Source: Chrysomallon squamiferum (taxonomy: Eukaryota > Animalia > Mollusca). From it: DNA of 64,000 nucleotides. Both the position numbers and the translations under genes were made by a program. Below are positions 55,752 through 64,000 of the stretch, one piece after another (positions within the stretch are counted from its first letter, which is position 1; each line of letters opens with the position of its first letter). The DNA lies in assembly GCA_012295275.1 (NCBI GenBank), contig CM022673.1, positions 25,358,001 through 25,422,000 of the forward strand. Reading direction: 5' to 3'. The notes beneath the pieces were generated by a model. That model searched no databases. It worked only from the letters and a program-made list of their open reading frames with translations, and was not told where the DNA came from.

Positions 55752-58700
55752 TTATATTTTGGCTCCTCCCATTGCCCCAGTTAAATCTTCTTCATAATCA
55801 CTTTCCAGCAGGGAGTCATCATCGAGTGTGTTCTGGCGTTCCTGAGATGAAAAAGTAACTGGCCGTCTCCTTGGTGAAACATCACTGTTGGATGTGAATG
55901 ATGGACTGCTGTACAGACTTGTGTCACTAGTGATGTAGTCACTAGGGGAATATGGAGGAGGCGCTTCTGAAAAAAAAAAAAAAAAATTCAAAGATTAATT
56001 AGTTACTCTATTATGAATAAATAGATCATTTGAATGAGTTTTTGTTAATATACTTACTGTGAAAGAGCAAAACTTCAAATTAAGCTACGATTAAAGAATT
56101 GTGATTTCGTCCTATTAGGCTGATTTTTTTTGTTGGTATTTTATAAAATTATTTTTTAGCTGGTTTATTTATTTATCATTTTTGATTTTTTTCCTATTTT
56201 CATTTTATATACCAAGTAGGTAAGGAAATTATATTAGCTAATTCAGCATTGCACATTTGGTAATTTCAGTGTGCAATGTTCTTGGGAAATGTTTTTTTTT
56301 TTCAATATGTTCTCAAGACTTGTAATTAGTGTAAAAATTAAATTTGTTCAAAACTCTAATAATTTTTATGTTGTTGTATATACGATAAGGATCTAAATTT
56401 GAGTATTCTACTATTTATTTGCTATTAAAGTTCAATATGGATAAAACATGAACAATCCATTTAATTAAAAAGTCAATGTATTTATAGGTGCAATGAGAGA
56501 ATTGTTTTTACCAAAAGTAGATTGTTGGTGTGAGTGATTGTCTGATTTTCGTCTGTACTGCTTTACTTTCTCTTTAGCTTCCTGAACAACAAATTTGGTG
56601 GTTCCTGAACCTGCAGCAACAAAAAGAAAACAGACAAATATATATGTTTCTTTTTACTACCAGTATGTAAATATTCCTACATCTCAGTTGTTCAATTTTT
56701 AAATATGCTTTGTACATTATTATCATACTTTTCTTTTCAATAACACTGATTAAATAAAAAAAATTAAACAAAAGTGTATTCACATTATGAAAGAAAACTT
56801 CTGTTTTACTATTAGTTACCTGTGTACTTGATGTTACGCAGATCTTGATCATGGACATCAGGCATTTGTAGAGCAATATCCTACAATTGGAAAAAATAAA
56901 CAATAGCTACAGTATTTTTTTCATTTTTTATAAATTATGTACAAATATGCGCAATATCAAACAGATACTCTTAGTGTTTGTACCACATTATAACCATTTT
57001 GTGAATGCTGATGAACATTTCAAATATTGTCAAAACATTATCAGTCTAGGATTTTGGCCTTTATGTTAATGCTTTGCTTTGAGGAAAATTAGATACATAT
57101 CTTTCAAGAGTGATTTAATAAACAATAGGGTTTATAATAAAATTTAACAACTCTGAAATAATTTCATAGTTTAAGAATACAAAATATGGTTTTACCCTCT
57201 GTGCTTCGAAAATGACAGCACATTTTTTGGCATAATCAATGTATGATTCAGACATTTTTAGCAAGCCATCTTTAATTCTGATTAACTTGACCGCTTCGTT
57301 TTCCTGGTGACGGTCACTCACTGAAAAACAAATGGACAGGAGACATTAAATACACACTGGGTCTCAACTTATTACTGATTTATTATTCTTGAGTTGTTGT
57401 CATTTTTTGTTTGTGTGTGTGTGTGTGTGGATGTCAGCTGTGAAATATTCACAAAAATTATTTTATAAAAAGCAGTGAACAATGCTTTAAAATGAACATT
57501 CAAGATTCAATTAAAGATAAACTGGATTAAAACCAAAAGTTAAATATTTAAGCTAAGTAATGCAAGATAACAAACAGTAATTTGTTACTAAAAGTAATAT
57601 AATTAGTAATATAAGAGTATTATTCACCAGTTAATGGTGTAACAAATTGTAACCCCTGCACCAACTGGGCAGAGAACATTACATAAATGTTACTGGAGAA
57701 CAGCTGCAGAAATGTTATGTTTCACATACCTTCCATTTGAGCAAGATCCTTGGCTCGTTCTGCTTGAAGAAGTCGATTCTCCAAAACCTGCAGTTCAGCT
57801 GAAGATGCTTTCTGTAATCATTAAAAACAGAAGTTTACATTTGTTTAACAGAATTGGATTAAGTCCATTAATTAAACAACTATAATTAAATTATCAATTT
57901 TCATGCAATTCTTGTTAGATGAGAAAATAAAAAATGGATAAAAATTAATTTGTTTTAATTGGATGACATTAATGTCACAGATTTGTTATATTAAAAAAAT
58001 ATATATTTTAAGTTTCCAACAGATGACAAACCTTAAATGCCTTTTTAATTTCTTTCCTAATCTTGTACTCTCTCTGCTCACAGGAAACCTGCCAGTACAA
58101 AAAGAAAGAATAATGTACTTTTTATTCATTATAATATGATGTATGTTGCGCAATTTCAAAACATTTGCATCTTAAAGGATCATATGCTTAAATTATCTTC
58201 AATAAAATTTTAAAAGCCTTGGTCAGTATGATTAAAATTTTCCTGAGCAACATTTAAATATAGTAATATGAATAAACTTACATAGTTGTTTTTTGCCTGG
58301 GAAACATGTTTTTCTCCTTCCAAAACCATCTCAAACATCCTCTTATGTTCTTTAATATGTTCTGAAAATACACTTTTATGTATGTATTCAACATAAAATA
58401 AAAATAATGTGACATAAACCCACTGCATTACAGTGATTTATAAATGACAATACATATTACTTATAATAGTAAAATTAGCAGAATTAAAATCAATGACATG
58501 TTTTCTTTTTAAAATATTATAATTTACATTTATTTATATAATTGTTAAATTATGTATTAAATCAGCATATTTTATTTATTATGATAAACATACCAATAAA
58601 TTCTCTCTGTATTTCTGACCAAGCTAAATTCAGTTCTGCTAGCTGATTTGCAACATCCTAGAATGAAGAAACATTACAACTGAATTATAATTTTTATTTA

Positions 58701-60154
58701 TTACCAGAGCTGACCACAGAACTGGAAGTTATTTGTTTATCATTCAAAAGCTTCTTTTTTTCTGGAGGTTTAGCTGGATTTTTTCCATGATTTTCAAGTT
58801 AACCACATTAAATTAAATAATGCTTATGTGGGTTTTTTTTCCATATCAGATTATTATGTTTGTTTACAGTATAAAAGCATTACCACTGATGAATGTCTCC
58901 ACAGTCCACTTACATATATGTTTTTACTGATATTACACAGACTGGACAACAGACATGACTGGCCAGTACCTAAGAGATTATCTCTCCTTAAATTGGGAGC
59001 CACTTACCAATTATTGCATCAGAATGACAATTCAGTGATATTAATAAAATTACAGGACAGGCAACATTTTATCAGGACTAATATGTTTTTAAGGCAATTT
59101 TTCAACACTGCTACTAAATATAATTAATCGGAACATGAAACAAAAACTATTCAACACTGCTACTAAATATAATTAATCGGAACATGAAATAAAAACTATT
59201 CAGTTTACCTGTATAGCCCGATTTTCTTCATTAGATGCCCACTTCAAAAAATCCTGGGAAGCTTCATTAAAAACAACATAACATATGCTTTATAATGGTA
59301 CAGAAATTAATGACAGTTTAAAATTATATATATATTTATTTTTCTTTTAATTAAATATTTTAACATATGCAAGGTATAAAGCGTTTTATCATTTACAGTA
59401 GTAAAATTTTTATATATCTGCCAACCAATACATCTAAAAGCTTTAAAATATGGCTTACAAATAAAATGGCCAATGAGTTTATCTTTAAGATATAAATTAC
59501 CTGCATTCTGGGCATTCAGAAATGCTTTGGCTGTGTTTCGCATGTCTTTAACTTCTGAGATCAGTACACCGAGATCAGCATGACCACCACTAAGAAGCTT
59601 AACACTGCTTCTGGAACATCAACACAAACAAAATATATTAAATAAGATCAGTATCAGTGATTATAAATATAGCAAACGTATTAAAAATTTAAGAAACACA
59701 CATTGTATATTCAAATACTAACTAGTGAAAACCTGTATGCATAAACACAATGTGTATCTCTTAAATATAAAGCCACATGTACACTTTTCCCTAATTTCTG
59801 AATGAAAAACTATTTGGCATAACTCAGGGACACAAGTTTATCATGAAAAAAGATTAATGTGACAATATTAATGCAGATATATTATGAAAAATTAGGAATA
59901 GGTTTCTGACATACACAGAGCATTTAAATTTTGATGTATATTGATTTAATTGATTAGGTAGAATTTTTTATTTATAAAGTTCAAATTAAACCTTAAGACG
60001 TCACTTTTTTATGCTTTATCAATAACTTGAATAAGTACTTAATTATTACAACATTTAATCATCTATATTATAATTAATATTAACAGTAAAAAGGTAGATT
60101 TAAAAATATAGTTTACCTCCTAACTGCGCGTGCTGCTCTGTCCATTTTCTGCAT
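55752..60154 (-). CDS. Pil1/Lsp1-like (eisosome-type) BAR-domain protein, 327 aa, 11 exons
   Basis: Exons 60154-60117, 59610-59501, 59261-59209, 58657-58594, 58361-58282, 58088-58032, 57811-57730, 57320-57196, 56880-56820, 56610-56512 and 55966-55752 are all GT-AG and total 984 nt without internal stops. The product has a helical core of about 240 aa and an S/D/E-rich tail. The gene model is strong; the family call rests on by-eye alignment to remembered yeast Pil1. Confidence 0.8.
59101..59201. repeat. Near-perfect 48-bp tandem duplication
   Basis: TTCAACACTGCTACTAAATATAATTAATCGGAACATGAAA(C/T)AAAAACTA occurs twice, adjacent to the exon-3 donor of the Pil1-like gene. Confidence 0.9.
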
Positions 60155-60523
60155 AAGTTAGATCAGTAAAATTTGTCACTACTCGCTTCTAATCACAAGT
60201 TTAGTGATTGGCGTTCCTTGACAAATTGTCAACACATAAAATTAACATTGACAAATTCAGTACTTCTTAGCCCTTTAAATTTTACGATAACCTTCCGCTT
60301 AACACAGCACATGAGGTCTAGAAATCATTAAACCATGGCTGAGAATGAACGCGTATAAATTAATTTTAATAAAGCTTCAAAAAATATATATTTCATTACA
60401 AAACTACAGCTGACACCAGGAAGCGTCTTTTACCAGAGCGCTCTCTGTCGGAAGCTAGGGGAAAGAGCACCTGCTGGAACGACAACTCTAAGAAAGAACA
60501 GTGAAATCGTGACGAAATACGAA

Positions 60524-60712
60524 ATGGAGATAAATAATAAAACCTCCAAACAAACAACACCCCAAAAACGGTGTAGCACTAGAATTTTTATCCTTTAGGC
60601 TTTTAATAATCAGAGCAGGTTTATTTTTCTGAACTTTTTAATAATAGTTTTATATTAAAAGAAACTATATTTCTTATCTATCTTAATCTGATGTTATTAT
60701 TATTATTATTAT

Positions 60713-60745
<33 letters not shown>

Positions 60746-63700
60746 ATTGATTGATTTATTTATTATTATTTTTATTATTATTATTATTTTTTTTTAGGTT
60801 GGTTTTTATTTAGTAATTTTGACTGGGTTCACAACATCAAAGCAGGTTTAGTATAATCGTTTAGGCTAACTTTATATCCTATTCTACTGTACTGTATTGT
60901 ATTGTATTGTTTTGTATTTAAATAATAAATTTAATTTTCAATTACAGAAGTATGCACACTAATATAATAGATAAGATACCAGAATGCTGGCAAGGACTGT
61001 TTGAAGCTCTGAAGTCTTCACAGAACAATTTCCAGTCAGCAGAACTGTGGTTGCAGCAGAAATGTTATTCTCAGTATGAAGATCCTCCGCAATGGGAAGA
61101 GCTGATATCTTTTTTGGCCCAAACAAAACCAGAGTCTGCCATTTTTCAGTTTGTATGCTTCTTAACATTGACAGACATTAAGCTGATAATTATTTTCTTT
61201 TATTCTGAAAATTTTTTTTTTTTTATAAATGAAATGAATAATTCTTTATAGTATCAGATTAATACAGTAACCATAATTAACATATCTACTTTTAATATTA
61301 TTAACATTTATGTAATAATTATTAATTTTTGGAATGAAAATCTATTTAATTATATATATTTAATAAGTTTATTTCTTTAAAGATAAAAAGAATAAAAAAT
61401 GAAATAATAATTATAACGTCCCTAGATGGTGCCACAAACATTGTTATTCATACATACAGTTTTTTTTTTCCTTTCTTTTCAGAAAACCCATGTTTTATTT
61501 CCTGCCTCCAGACATACAGAGAAAACTCTTAGCTGTGATATTTCAACACCGACACCAAATATGTCTGACATCACTGCAGCTATTTCTTAAAGACATTTCT
61601 GAATGCACAGAGGAGTGCAGCTGGCAAAAAACATTTTGTGAATTGTTAGAAGGATTTGTAGAAAACTCACGTAAACAAGATTCCAGCTCAGAGTTAACAA
61701 CACATTACAAGTTTACTGAGGCAAACCGAGCTCTGAGTGAAACCATTTGTCACAAATTATTAACAAATGACTCCGTATGGCAGACACACAATGTCACAGG
61801 TTTATTTTAATTTTATTTTATTCCAACAGAAATTTTTGTCAGTGAAGTCATTCTTCACAAGTTATCATTGAATAAATAAATGTAGTAAAAATTTATTATT
61901 TTTACATATAGTTAAAATATTCAGTTTTTGTCTGATCACTCATTTGAAAATAGATGTATAACATAGGAAAGATATATGATGTAATTATTTAGTAAAATAT
62001 ACGTATCAATTTTTTTCTGCTAAGAATGTTGTTTGTTTGAAAAGAGTTCATTTATACATGTTGATTTACACTGATTTATTTAATTCTTTTTTTTTTTTTG
62101 ATTTTATACAGCATTTGGTATAAATATATTACAAAAATTCCAGTTGATACAAATACAGTAAATTTACAATTATATTTTTAGCTTTAAAATCGTCTGTGAT
62201 TTTTTTAAATGTTATTATTTTGTGTGTGAGTGTGTTACAGTAATCAGTAATACACATTTTTAAGAATTTTTATAAATGTACTTTTAAAAAATCTTGTAAT
62301 ATTTTAAAATAAATTTATATTTCAGAAATCATTTTATGTAATATGTATTTTAACTGTAATTAAAATTAGGTCAAGAAGTGAGCACAGATATAAAGAACTA
62401 TACATCACCAGTTGAAGACAAAGAACTGAACATTTCAGGTGTTGAAAATTCACTGTCACAGAATGATAATCCGAAAACTGAAGAGATGCAGAATGAAAAA
62501 TATGTAATAATTATGGATGATGAAGACACCTCAGATGAACCACCTCCAGTTAAAAAAGCTAAAGAAGACTTAAAAACATCAAGTATGTCAACTGAATAGC
62601 TATGTATATCACATTTTACTGACTAACTATAATACATTTCTTTAGTCATTATTACATTTTCACAATATGCTCAGATTTCTTTTAATCTGTTTTGGAATTT
62701 GAGGAATGAATAATTATAACAATACAAATGGTAGTCAGAAATGTGATGTGAAATATGATGCCTGTTGATAACTCTGTATTGATTGTTAGTAACAGCTTGT
62801 GCAAAGTGCTAAACTAGTTAATGTGGTAACTTAAAAAATATACAATACTAATAATGTCAACACTGAAAACATTCCTATTTGTTTGTGGTAGGTTCTAGCA
62901 TAAACAAGGGAGATAACTTCTCTGGTGTACAGACTATAGCTGGTTACATTTAGAATGTATGATAAAAATCACACATCCTTGACCTGTGAATTATGTAATT
63001 TTACTGAAAAAAATGTTCAAAACTTTTTTTTTAATCTTTGTATATACATAAATAATTAGAACTTTTAAAATTTAGTTTTCACTTTTAATTTTTAGGTGAA
63101 ACTGAGGATGAAAATTCCCTTGAAAGTACATTAGTGGTACAGTTTTTAGTTTGATTTGTTATTGTTTATTTGTTTATTTATTTTATTCTGTTGTTAGTAT
63201 GGTTATGTCATTAAATCCCCATGATATTTTAATACAGAAAGCAAAAAAAAATTTCAAATTTTGTAAAACATAAATAGTCACTCTGGACTTGCATAAACTT
63301 ACAAAATGTTCAGTGAGAAGTATTTTGGACTTTGGGAGGAATAAATAAAAATGGTTTAAAACATTTTTAATACAAAGGATTTTGTTTTGCAATTAAGGTA
63401 AATGATAGTTAATATTGAGAATGAAAAATTTTAACAGAGAAGACGTTGCTGGAACCAATAAAAAATAATTCCGTGAAGTATATATGTTATATTTAGGATA
63501 TTTATATATATTATAAAAATAACATAAAAAAAATTTCATTTCTTTTTAACAAAATGTAGCTGAAAGCAGAATGGCTTCGAGAACAGTTACAAAGTTCAGG
63601 TGGTTTGGATATGGAATCAACAAATCTGGGTTTTCTTTCTTCTCTCTCACCATCCCAGGTAAAATAATCTTCTTAAGTGTTGTCTTAAAGAACTGGTGTT

Positions 63701-64000
63701 TTAGTTTCTGTTAAAATAAGTTTAAAGTGTTTTTAAATTTGTTGTGACAAAATAGATGTCTAAAACTCACTATTCTAATTATTAATATATTGTCGAACTG
63801 CTGCAGAAGTATTTAAAAGTAATGCATTGTTTATTAATTTGAAATGAATTGACATTTCCTACATCATGTGTTTACTTCTCATTAGGACTGATTGCTTCTT
63901 TCTTTTTATAACTGTAAAATAATAATTTTTTTTTTTTTTTTTTTTATACTCTTTTACATGTTTTTTTTTAAATTTCAGATGAAACAACTTTGCACTGCTG
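60524..64000 (+). CDS. FANCE: Fanconi anemia group E protein homologue (5' part; continues past window)
   Basis: Exons 60524-60570 (uncertain; ATG 60952 is an alternative start), 60948-~61148, 61483-61799, 62370-62582, 63096-63136, 63560-63658 and 63979 onward. WEELISFL...KPMFYFLPPDIQRKLL...SWQKTFCELL and LSSLSPSQ|MKQLCTA parallel remembered human FANCE (WGRLLEAL...KPLLLRLPRICQRNLM...AWLRALGELL; ECSPSQMDLLCAQ). Confidence 0.75.

Noticed and set aside
55752-60154. Fungal contamination, or FAM92/CIBAR identity, for the BAR gene
   Set aside because: The gene is contiguous with animal genes and shares their intron style and base composition. By eye the W/D, VLE..L..AE and Y.G blocks fit Pil1 better than remembered FAM92, pending an HMM test.
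60335-60352. ACCATGG start (MAENER) as the FANCE first exon
   Set aside because: Its phase-0 donor would hit a stop soon after the 60948 acceptor, so at most it is a uORF.
1-64000. tRNA, rRNA, snRNA or snoRNA genes
   Set aside because: None were recognisable by eye. An Infernal/tRNAscan-SE run would be needed to exclude small intronic RNAs.

Overview
This is AT-rich, intron-containing animal genomic DNA from an invertebrate, probably a lophotrochozoan, though the taxon cannot be fixed from sequence alone. Manual splicing with phase-consistent GT-AG introns gives six protein-coding genes in three head-to-head pairs: MOB2 (-) / SIRT3-like sirtuin (+), TYSND1 (-) / BICRA-BICRAL (GLTSCR1) homologue (+), and an 11-exon BAR-type gene (-) / FANCE (+, runs off the window end). 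The standout is the 11-exon gene at 55752-60154. It is only visible after splicing, and its 327-aa product aligns by eye along its whole core with the fungal eisosome proteins Pil1/Lsp1, a family regarded as essentially fungal; it also carries a PPxY tail. Other observations include a candidate alternative first exon of MOB2, a very long low-complexity sirtuin tail ending in an ATGA stop/start overlap, a triplicated C-terminal motif in BICRA, decayed Harbinger-like and Tc1-like remnants, an unidentified decayed coding fragment, and many simple repeats. All homology calls come from remembered reference sequences; no searches were run.
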